64,000 nt of DNA from an uncultured Saprospiraceae bacterium (GTDB lineage Bacteria > Bacteroidota > Bacteroidia > Chitinophagales > Saprospiraceae). Positions 31,268 through 40,816 of this stretch are shown here, piece after piece. Both the position numbers and the translations under genes were made by a program. Numbering within the stretch: position 1 is the first letter of the stretch; each line of letters begins with the position of its first letter. A model generated the notes under the pieces. The model was not told the origin of the DNA, ran no database searches, and saw only the letters and a program-made list of their open reading frames with translations. The DNA is taken from assembly GCA_937894165.1 (NCBI GenBank), contig CALCSX010000173.1, forward strand, positions 1,056 through 65,055, given 5' to 3'.

Positions 31268-33049
31268 TTATAAGGAGTATTTATTTGCTGCAATCAAATG
31301 ATTCGCAACCTTCCTTCTCGCTTCTTTCATGTTGATAGCAGGATATTTAGCAAAACGCTTCACGCCCATCAACATTATTTTCAACTCATCACCTTCAGCA
31401 AATGATGCTAAAGCCTCAACCGCATTTTCAGAAATACTATTTTGGCAATTATTGAAAAGAGCCTTTAGAATAGCTTCATGGATCTCCTTGTTTTCAGTAT
31501 ATTCTAGCAAACTAAGCTTTTGGAGTCTCAAAAGCGTGGATTCACAGAGATACACATCAATGCCAATATTAGCAATATTCATAAGAACTTCCTGCTCTTC
31601 CTTTAAATCATATTTACCATCCATCTGACCCTTAGCAGCTGCACCAGCTACCATGAGTAGAATCTTTTTGAAGTTTTTTAATGCTAAAATTTCATCCCCA
31701 AACTCTCCGTCAGGCGTTTCCGGAGAAGCAAATGAAGTCAATTCTTTTTGAACAGCCCAAGCAGGCCCAACGAGATCCAGTTCGCCTTTCATCGCCTTTT
31801 TGAGAATCATATTTACAATTAACATTCGATTGATTTCGTTCGTACCTTCGTAAATTCTATTGATTCTACTATCTCGATAAGCACGAGCCGCGGGATACTC
31901 CTCAGAAAAGCCATAACCTCCATAAATTTGAAGCATTTCGTCAACCACAAAATCTACCGCTTCAGAACCATATATTTTCATGATGGCGCACTCTATGGAG
32001 TATTGCTCTGCTGCCTCTAATGTTGATTCAATAAAATTCTTCCCATCAGCCATCAAACTAGCCTTCATATCATGCATAGAATCCGATATACGGTATGTCA
32101 TAGATTCCGCTGCAAAGGTTCTAATAGCCATTTCTCCTATCTTGGATTTTATGGCTCCGAAAGCAGACAAAGGCTGATTAAATTGATGTCTTTCATTGGC
32201 ATAATTTACTGCAGAATCTATTCCCATCTTGCAGCCTCCCATGGCCATTGCTCCCAATTTAAATCTTCCAATATTTAATACATTAAATGCAATTAGATGT
32301 CCTCTACCAATTTCTCCCAGAATATTTTCCTTAGGAACAGGTGAATTTTCAAAAAACACTTGACGTGTTGAAGATCCTTTTATACCCAATTTGTGCTCTT
32401 CCGCTCCCAGAGACATTCCTTCCGTTCCTTTTTCGACAATGAAACCCGTAAATTTATCGCCATCAATTTGAGCAAAAACAATAAATATTTCTGCGAATCC
32501 CGCATTGGAGATCCACATTTTCTGCCCATTCACAATATAATGACTGCCCTCCTCATTTAAAATAGCTTTGGTTTTTGCAGATAAAGCATCAGAACCACTT
32601 CCGGGTTCCGTTAAACAATAGGAAGCCAATAATTCACCGGAAGCCATTCGTGGTAGATAATTTTTCTTTTGTTCCTCCGTACCAAAATATAAGATTGGAA
32701 GCATCCCTATTCCGGTGTGCGCGGCAATGGAAGTATTGAAGGAGGCATCTCCCCTTCCTAACTCCTCAGAAATGATAGTATTTGCATTCGTACCCATTTC
32801 CATTCCTCCGTATTCCTCCGGTATATGCGAACCTAACAAACCTAAATCTGCAGCCTCCTTTAACAAGCTCACCTGTTCATCCAATATACCCCCTCTTTCG
32901 CGAACAGATTGCTCTACAAAATCTCTCACCATTTGCCTTACCATAGATTGCTCTTCAGTCGCTTCTTCCGGGACAAAAATAGTAGCCGGATCCGTTTCTT
33001 TAATTAAAAATTCACCGCCTTTGACGTAGTCGTTCTTTGTATTAGCCAT
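31268..33049 (-). CDS. Acyl-CoA dehydrogenase (long, about 590-aa form with an extra C-terminal helical domain)
   Basis: 593-aa ORF. ACAD blocks present are 'CLTEPGSGSDALS', 'GQKMWISNAGFAEIF' and 'QIYGGYGFSEEYPAARAYRDSRINRIYEGTNEI'. Confidence 0.9.
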   Translation of the reverse strand: MANTKNDYVKGGEFLIKETDPATIFVPEEATEEQSMVRQMVRDFVEQSVRERGGILDEQVSLLKEAADLGLLGSHIPEEYGGMEMGTNANTIISEELGRGDASFNTSIAAHTGIGMLPILYFGTEEQKKNYLPRMASGELLASYCLTEPGSGSDALSAKTKAILNEEGSHYIVNGQKMWISNAGFAEIFIVFAQIDGDKFTGFIVEKGTEGMSLGAEEHKLGIKGSSTRQVFFENSPVPKENILGEIGRGHLIAFNVLNIGRFKLGAMAMGGCKMGIDSAVNYANERHQFNQPLSAFGAIKSKIGEMAIRTFAAESMTYRISDSMHDMKASLMADGKNFIESTLEAAEQYSIECAIMKIYGSEAVDFVVDEMLQIYGGYGFSEEYPAARAYRDSRINRIYEGTNEINRMLIVNMILKKAMKGELDLVGPAWAVQKELTSFASPETPDGEFGDEILALKNFKKILLMVAGAAAKGQMDGKYDLKEEQEVLMNIANIGIDVYLCESTLLRLQKLSLLEYTENKEIHEAILKALFNNCQNSISENAVEALASFAEGDELKIMLMGVKRFAKYPAINMKEARRKVANHLIAANKYSL

Positions 33050-33231
33050 TTTATATAATATTTAAGTTCTAATATAAGGATATTTAGAAAAATAATAAAA
33101 AATTCTATGATTTATCAACGACACCATTGATTTGTTCAATATTTTATTCTGATATATAATTATTTGTGTCTTCAAACAGAATAATATACTTATACTATTA
33201 ATATAAGATTTTTCTCTATATAAAATGACCC

Positions 33232-33266
33232 AAAAAAAGCTCAAAAATAAATTCTGAGCTTTTTTC
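33232..33266 (-). terminator. Rho-independent terminator after the outer-membrane barrel gene
   Basis: 'aaaaaaagctca-aaaataaattc-tgagctttttt': the agctca/tgagct stem is extended by A/T pairs and is U-rich on the minus strand. Confidence 0.55.
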
Positions 33267-33277
33267 AACTATTGTCT

Positions 33278-34399
33278 CTACATACCGGGTCCAACAGGCA
33301 TGTCCATGTGAGACTTTCCAATTCGATATACCGCACTAAAATTAATCAGGTAATCAGCAAATGCCGCATCCCCATGCGCATAAATACCTGTCTGTTGCGT
33401 TCTTTCTTTGTCGAGAAAACTTTGCGTTCTGTTTCTTACAACTGCAATGGGTACATTTAAGTTAAAAGAAATATTACCCACACTATAATTCAATCCGGGC
33501 TCTACAGATACCACATATCCCGGTCTCCTATATCCTTCACTACTGCCAATCAGATCTGTATGAGGTACCGCCTCATAGCGACCTCCGATATATACATTGA
33601 AACCCTTTAAAGGAGTTAGATAGAAAGCGCCCACACGTGCAGCTACTTGATCAGGCACAGAAAATTCAGCACTTCCATTTCTTATCAAAACACCGTTAGT
33701 GGCAGCAGGATTAGACAAATAAAAGAAGTTTCCTGTCATCATCACAGAATTATTAAGCCTATAAAATGCCTGCATTTCTAAACTTACACCTACTCCCCCA
33801 TCTCCCAATTGAATCGATTGATCAACAACACTTGTACGCGTTTCGTCTCGGTTTGGACCCTGATTATAAAAGTCACCCATCACCTCATAATCGCCAGTTG
33901 CCAATTTCATTCCCAGAGAGGTAGAAACATTAAATTTATTTGCTTTGGCAGGATCTAACAGCCAGTAACCTAAGCCAAATCGGATATCAGACAAACCTGA
34001 AGATTGGGTTGAGTGTCTTTCGCCAAGCCCGTTAGGTGGATTACCTCCATGTTCATACATAGATGATCTATGATGAAAAGCAAAAGGTATTGATGCTGAT
34101 GCAAACAATCTATCCGTAATTCCATAATTGACGAAAAAGTCGACGAAATAGGAATCATTTATTACTTCCGTGCCTTCCTGCAATCTGTATTTTTCCTCTT
34201 CAGATCCTCTGAAATGCCTAAATGACTGAAAATAACGAAAATCCGTTCCGATAAAAAACTCCCCTTTAGATAAGCCGAAAGAAGTCCCTATTCCTCCGCT
34301 ACAATTTGACATTCCTCTCACAGCTACACAACCCTGAGCATTCAAGTCTAAACTGATGAATATAAAAGCAAGAATGAAGGTGATTTTATAAAAATTCAT
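33278..34399 (-). CDS. Putative outer-membrane beta-barrel protein
   Basis: Trimmed to the second Met, 'MNFYKITFILAFIFISLDLNAQG', which is a signal peptide. The sequence is rich in alternating aromatic/Gly strand-like segments such as 'FFVNYGITDRLFASASIPF', 'DIRFGLGYWLL', 'FNVYIGGRYEA' and 'INFSAVYRIG'. The family was not identified. Confidence 0.5.
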   Translation of the reverse strand: MNFYKITFILAFIFISLDLNAQGCVAVRGMSNCSGGIGTSFGLSKGEFFIGTDFRYFQSFRHFRGSEEEKYRLQEGTEVINDSYFVDFFVNYGITDRLFASASIPFAFHHRSSMYEHGGNPPNGLGERHSTQSSGLSDIRFGLGYWLLDPAKANKFNVSTSLGMKLATGDYEVMGDFYNQGPNRDETRTSVVDQSIQLGDGGVGVSLEMQAFYRLNNSVMMTGNFFYLSNPAATNGVLIRNGSAEFSVPDQVAARVGAFYLTPLKGFNVYIGGRYEAVPHTDLIGSSEGYRRPGYVVSVEPGLNYSVGNISFNLNVPIAVVRNRTQSFLDKERTQQTGIYAHGDAAFADYLINFSAVYRIGKSHMDMPVGPGM

Positions 34400-34593
34400 A
34401 AACTGATTGATTTGGATATTATAATATGGTACAAAATTAGTAAAATGTTGACAATTACTAAAGGTAGTATGCAAAAATTATACCATTTTGATGTACAAGC
34501 ATATAATCCTCCAAACTTTCTTATAAATTAACATATAAATGCAGCGACTTTGAGAACTTAATTGTATATTTATTTCGATCAAATTATGAGCTC

Positions 34594-36039
34594 ATGTCAA
34601 CAGACTGTCTTCTCCAATCAACTCTTTCAACTTATATTCCCAATTCGGAGAGTCCTTTTAATTTAGGTAGAGTTAAACATTTATATAGAAGACTTGGATA
34701 TGGTGAAACTCATCATAAATACGAAGATGCATTATCAAAAATTCCGGAAAATTTAATAAAGGAAATTATTACACATGCCAAAAATGCACCCTTGACACCG
34801 AAACCTGTTTGGGGGGATTGGGCTCAAAGCGACTATAGTGATTTTCAAACAGAATTACAAAATCAAATACTTGAATTTGCTTTAACTTTTGCTGACGACA
34901 TAATTGAAAATCCTGTTCGAGCAAAAATTAGCTTGTTCTGGCAAAATCATTTTGTGACAAGAATTGAACAATATGTGTGTCCTTCATGGATGTATCAATA
35001 TCAGAATACCATTCAAAGGTATCAATTCGGTAATTTCTAAGATTTTTTGAAAGAAATAGGGAAAACCCCGGCTATGTTAGTGTTTTTGAATGGCGTTCAG
35101 AATACACGGTTTAATCCCAATGAAAATTATGCCAGAGAATTATTTGAACTTTTCACCCTAGGAGTAGACAATGATTACACCCAACAAGATATAACGGAGG
35201 CTGCCCGCGCCTTGACCGGTTGGAATGGCTTTACAGAACTGTGTGCAGATATAAATTACTTTCCCACTTTTCATGATCCCGGACAAAAAACTATTTTTGG
35301 ACAACAGGGAAATTGGGATTATGAATCGTTGCACAACTTGCTTTTCGAGCAGAGAGGGCAAGAAATCGCCAACTTTATATGCAGAAAAATTTACACTTCC
35401 TTTGTTTCTCCTGATGCAGATGATGATTTTATTGCTGAAATGGCAGACTTCTTCGTTGCATCTGATTTTGAACTCCTCCCCCTCTATGAAAAATTATTTA
35501 GTAGTGAGCGATTTTTTGATGAAGGAATAATAGGGACGGTTATCAAAAGTCCGGTTGAATATTTTGTGACATTCATCAAAGAGAGTGGAATGGAGATCGA
35601 CCAAAATATTAAAACGTTAATGCTATATCAAATAGGTGAATTAGGTCAAACAGTTTTTAACCCCCCAACAGTTGCGGGCTGGCCAACAAACCGGGAATGG
35701 ATTACTACCAGTTTCCTTACCCAAAGATGGATAGCACTGGAAGCTTTTGTATATCAAATATTTTTGACTGATCCCAATCTAATCAGACAATATATTAAAG
35801 ATATTACAAGCTCCGACAATGATCCATTAATTATAACTACTGAATTTGTCAATTTTCATTTGTCGAAATCATTGCAGGATGAATTAGAATATGAACAACT
35901 TAATGCCTATTTCAAATGGGATGTACCGGAAAATTATTATGTCGAGGGTTCTTGGAATTTAGAATGGGAAACGGTACCCATCCAGACCATTATTTTGTTG
36001 CAGAAAATAATAAGAACCCCTGAATTTCAAATGATCTAA
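34594..36039 (+). pseudogene. DUF1800-family gene interrupted by a single in-frame TAA (35038-35040)
   Basis: ORFs 34594-35040 and 35047-36039 are in the same frame. The joined translation '...QFGNF*DFLKEIGKTPAMLVFLNGVQNTRFNPNENYARELFELFTLGVDNDYTQQDITEAARALTGW' runs straight through the most conserved DUF1800 block. Confidence 0.7.
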
Positions 36040-36051
36040 AGATTGTATATT

Positions 36052-37656
36052 ATGAATCCGAAAATTAAGAACCCAAATGCGGGCTTGCAGGATAATCACC
36101 ACGATCACGAACATAAAAGCTGGAGTCGTCGGACTTTTCTACGCAATATAGGGATTGCAGGGGGTACTGCTCTATTGGCCGGACATATGCCTCTCACCGC
36201 CTTTTCCCGATCTCCTCTCGCAATGGGTTTATCCGGCTCCAATAATGACAATATTTTAGTGATGGTTAGGCTTCAGGGTGGCAATGATGGATTAAATACG
36301 ATTATTCCTGTCTATGATTATTCCAGATATAATTCTTTGCGCCCCGGCATTGCCATACCTCAAAATCAGATCATTTCACTTAGTTCGGAATTAGGTCTCC
36401 ACCCGGCAATGACTGATATCAAAAACTTATGGAATAACGATTCCTTAAAAATCTTGAATAATGTGGGTTATCCGGAACAAAATCTTTCACATTTCCGCTC
36501 ATCTGACATCTGGGCGTCGGCCAGTGACTCTGATGTAGTGTGGGAAACCGGATGGCTAGGAAGATTTTACAATGACAAATATCCAGATTTCCTTTTAAAT
36601 CCACCCCCGATTCCTCCAGCTATTCAGATAGGAGGAGCAAGCGAATTGATGTTTGAAGGCGAGGATAATATTAATTATGCTATTAGCGTACCCACACCGG
36701 AACAGTTGGAATATATCGCGTCATCAGGAGGGCTTTACGATCCTTCGGCAGTGCCTGAATGCCTCTACGGTGAGCAATTAGCCTATTTAAGAACCATTAC
36801 CAACAACACATTTAAATACGCTCAAAGCATTTCTGATGCCTATGAGAAAGGAGAGAATATTGTAGAGTATTTCGGGGATTTGGGAAGGCAACTGAGGGTG
36901 GTGTCAAGGCTGATCAAGGGTGATTTAGGCACCAAGATGTATGTAGTAACATTGAATGGTTTCGATACCCACGCAGGGCAACTTAATCAACATCACAACC
37001 TCCTGGAATTGCTATCTCGGAATATGAAAGCTTTCTTCGATGATTTAAATCAGACGAATAAAGACGAAAAAGTGCTTTCCTTTACTTTTTCGGAATTTGG
37101 GCGCAGACCAGCACAAAATGCTTCACAGGGCACTGATCACGGAGCTGCGGCACCATCACTAATTTTTGGACCGGCACTGGAGGGCTCGGGGATTTTTGGA
37201 GGCCTTCCGGATATGAATGATTTAGACCAAGATGATAATTTGAAGTTTCAACTGGATTTTAGATCCTTATACGCTACATTTTTAGAAAAATGGCTTTGTG
37301 TTGATCCCCCTACTGTAGATTTTGTTTTGGGAAATAATTTTGAAAGATTAGATCTGGGCTTCAGCTGCATGTCTGTCTCCCATAACGAAGTCAAACACCC
37401 TGAAACATTTAAACATCAAGCAAGATATCAGGATCGGGAAGTTTTTGTTTTTTGCAAATTGCCGAAACGAGGGTTACTCAAAGTCGAGCTGTTCAATGCA
37501 ATGGGTCGATCGCATGGTGTTTTATTTTCAGGATTTTCAGAAAGTGGAGAAAATTTGATCCCTGTTCCTGCCTACAAAGTAAGCGTACATGGGTACTACT
37601 TTTATCAGTTGACTTATGAGGGCAGAGTCTATTCAGGGAAAGTTTTGATCCGATAA
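36052..37656 (+). CDS. DUF1501-family (sulfatase/alkaline-phosphatase-like) protein with a Tat signal and a T9SS-type C-terminal domain
   Basis: ATG at 36052; the ORF track starts at a TTG at 36043. The twin-arginine motif 'SRRTFLRNIGIAGGTALLAG' is present. DUF1501 blocks are 'GGNDGLNT', 'GFDTHAGQ' and 'FSEFGRRPAQNASQGTDHGAA'. The last 70 aa or so, 'LLKVELFNAMGRSHGVLF...GYYFYQLTYEGRVYSGKVLIR', resemble a T9SS CTD. Confidence 0.8.
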   Translation: MNPKIKNPNAGLQDNHHDHEHKSWSRRTFLRNIGIAGGTALLAGHMPLTAFSRSPLAMGLSGSNNDNILVMVRLQGGNDGLNTIIPVYDYSRYNSLRPGIAIPQNQIISLSSELGLHPAMTDIKNLWNNDSLKILNNVGYPEQNLSHFRSSDIWASASDSDVVWETGWLGRFYNDKYPDFLLNPPPIPPAIQIGGASELMFEGEDNINYAISVPTPEQLEYIASSGGLYDPSAVPECLYGEQLAYLRTITNNTFKYAQSISDAYEKGENIVEYFGDLGRQLRVVSRLIKGDLGTKMYVVTLNGFDTHAGQLNQHHNLLELLSRNMKAFFDDLNQTNKDEKVLSFTFSEFGRRPAQNASQGTDHGAAAPSLIFGPALEGSGIFGGLPDMNDLDQDDNLKFQLDFRSLYATFLEKWLCVDPPTVDFVLGNNFERLDLGFSCMSVSHNEVKHPETFKHQARYQDREVFVFCKLPKRGLLKVELFNAMGRSHGVLFSGFSESGENLIPVPAYKVSVHGYYFYQLTYEGRVYSGKVLIR

Positions 37657-37835
37657 AATACTCTGAAAAGATATTTATCTTCTATATAACTAATTTTTTG
37701 TTTTGACCACCAACACCAGCGCTGGCGCAAGTTTTTAACTTGTGCCCCCTCAGATCTAAATCTTTTAATTAAACCTTCAGAAGTTATTTTTTTCAAAACC
37801 TAGGACAAAATCTTAGCGGGATAATTAATACTAAA

Positions 37836-37873
37836 ATCAGAAAGCCTAGAATTTTCATTCTAAGCTTTCTGAT
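37836..37873. terminator. Strong hairpin (17-bp stem, 1 mismatch, TTTC loop) between the convergent DUF1501 and typA genes
   Basis: 'atcagaaagcctagaat-tttc-attctaagctttctgat' is followed by ATTTT on the plus strand and by TTTAGTATT on the minus strand. Confidence 0.55.
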
Positions 37874-37912
37874 ATTTTAATCATTCTTCCAAATACTTAA
37901 ACAAACTCATTA

Positions 37913-37946
37913 AAATTCGAGAGTAAGGCAGTATTTGGAGCTTTCT
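37913..37946. repeat. 34-nt direct repeat, copy 1
   Basis: 'aaattcgagagtaaGgcagtatttggagctttct' matches 38054-38087 at 33 of 34 positions. Confidence 0.85.
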
Positions 37947-38053
37947 TACACAATGTTGACACTCAATGAAAATCTCGCTGAAAAGAAAACTCCAAAGACA
38001 AGGCTTTCGAAGAATTTGAATCCAAGGATTTTATATAAATAAATGACTGATTC

Positions 38054-38087
38054 AAATTCGAGAGTAACGCAGTATTTGGAGCTTTCT
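38054..38087. repeat. 34-nt direct repeat, copy 2
   Basis: 'aaattcgagagtaaCgcagtatttggagctttct' ends 13 nt before the typA stop codon complement. Confidence 0.85.
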
Positions 38088-38100
38088 ATCAGCGAAAAAA

Positions 38101-39921
38101 TTACATTTTGATATGAGCGATAGCCTTATTCGCCATTTTCTTTCTCTCACTTTCAGTAAGCAAAATCTTTCTCATTCTCATAGACTTTGGTGTAATCTCT
38201 ACATACTCGTCTGCTTGAATATATTCCAATGCTTCCTCCAATGAAAACTTAGTAGCGGGTGCAATTTTGATCGCATCATCCTTTCCTGAAGCTCTCATGT
38301 TATTTAATTGCTTAGCTTTAACGATATTCACTACCAAATCACCTTGACGAGTGCTCTCTCCTATGATTTGACCTTCATAAACCTCCTCTCCCGGATGTAT
38401 GAAGAAAGTCCCTCTATCTTGCAATTTATCGATACTATATGGAGTAGAAACACCTGTATCTTGCGACAACAAAACACCATTATTTCTCACAGGAATATCC
38501 GTTCTGGCCGGACCAAATTGTAAGAATCTGTGTGTCATCACTGCCTCTCCCGCTGTCGCAGTAAGGATTTGATTTCTCAAACCGATGATACCTCTTGAAG
38601 TAATGTTAAACTCCAAATGCTGTACGTCTCCCTTCGGTTCCATCACCAATAGCTCTCCTTTTCTCATTGTCACCAACTCGATTGCCTTACCGGAAAAAGT
38701 TTCTGGTACATCAATTACCAACAACTCAATTGGTTCGTGCTTCTTGCCATCTATTTCCTTGATAATTACTCTTGGCTGCCCTACCTGCATCTCATATCCT
38801 TCTCTTCTCATCGTTTCAATCAAAACAGATAAGTGAAGAATTCCTCTTCCATATACCAAATAAGCATCCGGAGATTCAGTTTCCTCTACTCTAAGAGCCA
38901 AATTCTTCTCCATTTCCTTGAATAGTCTGTCTCTCAATTGTCTTGAAGTAACAAATTTTCCTTCTCTACCGAAAAATGGAGAGTTATTGATCGTGAAAAA
39001 CATACTCATGGTCGGCTCATCAATGCTTATTTTAGCCAAACCTTCAGGTGCTTCAAAATCCGCAATAGTATCTCCGATTTCAAAACCATCGATACCTACG
39101 ACCGCTGCAATATCTCCACTTCTCGCTTCTTTTACTCTAATTTTTCCTAAACCTTCGAAAGTAAATAACTCCTTAATTCTACTTTTTTGGATACTTCCAT
39201 CTCTTTTCACCAAACTCACCGGCTGACCCTCTTTAATAGAACCTCTCTCTACCCTTCCGATAGCAATTCTACCAACAAAACTAGAGTAATCCAAAGAAGT
39301 AACCTGCATTTGAAGTGTACCTTCACGCTCAGGTGCCTCAGGAATTACCTCAAGAATTGTATCTAACAAATCGGTGAAATTTGTCTTAGGTTCTTTCCAA
39401 TCATGGCTCATCCAACCATTCTTAGAAGATCCGTATACAGTTCTGAAATCCAATTGATCTTCTGTTGCGTCCAAATTATAGAACAACTCAAAAACCTGCT
39501 CCTGTACTTCCTCAGGACGGCAATTTTCTTTATCTACTTTATTGATTAAAACAATCGGCTTCAATCCTAATGCAAGAGCCTTTTGCGTCACAAATCTCGT
39601 CTGTGGCATAGGCCCTTCGAAAGCATCAACCAACAAAACTACTCCATCTGCCATCTTCAAAACTCGCTCAACCTCACCACCAAAATCCGCGTGACCGGGA
39701 GTATCAATAATGTTAATCTTAACATCCTTGTATCTCACAGACACATTTTTAGAAGTGATCGTTATTCCTCTCTCTCTTTCAAGATCATTGTTATCTAATA
39801 TCAATTCACCCATCTCCTCATTCTCTCTGAACAGATTCGTTTCATGTAAAATTTTGTCCACGGTCGTTGTTTTCCCGTGATCTACGTGTGCTATAATAGC
39901 AATGTTTCTGATACTTTGCAT
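38101..39921 (-). CDS. typA: Translational GTPase TypA/BipA
   Basis: 606-aa ORF with 'NIAIIAHVDHGKTTTVD', 'DTPGHADFGGEVER' and 'NKVDK', and a BipA-type C-terminal domain. Confidence 0.95.
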   Translation of the reverse strand: MQSIRNIAIIAHVDHGKTTTVDKILHETNLFRENEEMGELILDNNDLERERGITITSKNVSVRYKDVKINIIDTPGHADFGGEVERVLKMADGVVLLVDAFEGPMPQTRFVTQKALALGLKPIVLINKVDKENCRPEEVQEQVFELFYNLDATEDQLDFRTVYGSSKNGWMSHDWKEPKTNFTDLLDTILEVIPEAPEREGTLQMQVTSLDYSSFVGRIAIGRVERGSIKEGQPVSLVKRDGSIQKSRIKELFTFEGLGKIRVKEARSGDIAAVVGIDGFEIGDTIADFEAPEGLAKISIDEPTMSMFFTINNSPFFGREGKFVTSRQLRDRLFKEMEKNLALRVEETESPDAYLVYGRGILHLSVLIETMRREGYEMQVGQPRVIIKEIDGKKHEPIELLVIDVPETFSGKAIELVTMRKGELLVMEPKGDVQHLEFNITSRGIIGLRNQILTATAGEAVMTHRFLQFGPARTDIPVRNNGVLLSQDTGVSTPYSIDKLQDRGTFFIHPGEEVYEGQIIGESTRQGDLVVNIVKAKQLNNMRASGKDDAIKIAPATKFSLEEALEYIQADEYVEITPKSMRMRKILLTESERKKMANKAIAHIKM

Positions 39922-40030
39922 AATTTAATTAATTTGAAGGCACAAAAGTACAACTATTCAACGGGATAAATATACTTTTATATTTAATTTAAGGTAAATT
40001 AATTTGATTGTCACAAGGTTAAGTCTTAAC

Positions 40031-40816
40031 ATGCAAGAAATATCCAGCTCCAAAAACCCCAAAATTCAACAACTTATCAAGTTGAGAGCTAAAGCGAAAC
40101 TTAGAAATTCACTAGGTTTATCAATACTTGAAGGCACTAAAGAGGTAGAAAAAGCAGCGTTGGCAAAATTAAATATTAGACAGGTTTTTATTTGTCCGGA
40201 ATTGAATAACACCCTTCCTGAAATCTCAAAAAAAGATGTAGAATGGTATTCAGTATCGAAAGATGTCTATGAAAAAATTGCTATGCGAGGGGATACGGAA
40301 GGTGTTGTAGCAACTTTTACCCCGCCGGTTTATAAATTGGAAGATCTTCACTTCGAAAACGCTCCCCTTCTTATTTTAATTGAACGAGTCGAAAAACCGG
40401 GCAATTTGGGAGCAATTTTGCGCACTGCCGATGCCTGTGGTGTGGATGCAGTGGTGATTCTTGATCCCGGAACGGATTTATTTAACCCCAATGTCATCCG
40501 CGCCAGCTTAGGTTGCGCCTTTACCATTCCGATGATAATAGCTGAACAGGCAGAAGCTTTAAATTATTTTCAAAAAGAGAATATACAGTTAATTGCAGCT
40601 ACGCCCCACACAGATAAGAATTTATATGATCTCAACATGAAACAAGGCATAGCAATAGCAGTTGGCACCGAACATGACGGTTTAAGTGAACAAATTATGG
40701 AGAAATCCCATAACCTCTGCAAAATACCCATGTATGGCTATGCAGACTCACTGAACGTCTCAGTGTCCACAGCAGTTATTCTTTATGAAGCCGTACGACA
40801 GAGACATTTTAGTTAA
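40031..40816 (+). CDS. TrmH/SpoU-family RNA 2'-O-methyltransferase
   Basis: ATG at 40031; the track ORF begins at an upstream TTG. SpoU motifs present are 'PGNLGAILRTADACG', 'AVGTEHDGLS' and 'IPMYGYADSLNVSVSTAVILYE'. Confidence 0.8.
   Translation: MQEISSSKNPKIQQLIKLRAKAKLRNSLGLSILEGTKEVEKAALAKLNIRQVFICPELNNTLPEISKKDVEWYSVSKDVYEKIAMRGDTEGVVATFTPPVYKLEDLHFENAPLLILIERVEKPGNLGAILRTADACGVDAVVILDPGTDLFNPNVIRASLGCAFTIPMIIAEQAEALNYFQKENIQLIAATPHTDKNLYDLNMKQGIAIAVGTEHDGLSEQIMEKSHNLCKIPMYGYADSLNVSVSTAVILYEAVRQRHFS

Noticed and set aside
33062-33268. 68-aa ORF in the spacer between the acyl-CoA dehydrogenase and barrel genes. Similar cases are 41943-42158, 6783-6986 and 28699-28953.
   Set aside because: They lie in AT-rich intergenic DNA and give Ile/Phe/Lys/Asn-rich translations. 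ORF 28699-28953 runs through the tRNA-Ala gene and its terminator. ORF 41943-42158 needs a TTG start. No motifs are present.
35038-35040. Reassignment of TAA to a sense codon as an explanation for the in-frame stop in the DUF1800 gene
   Set aside because: TAA terminates well-conserved genes in this window at their expected ends, for example the methyltransferase gene at 960-962 and rpmJ at 51299-51301. A genome-wide reassignment is therefore not tenable.
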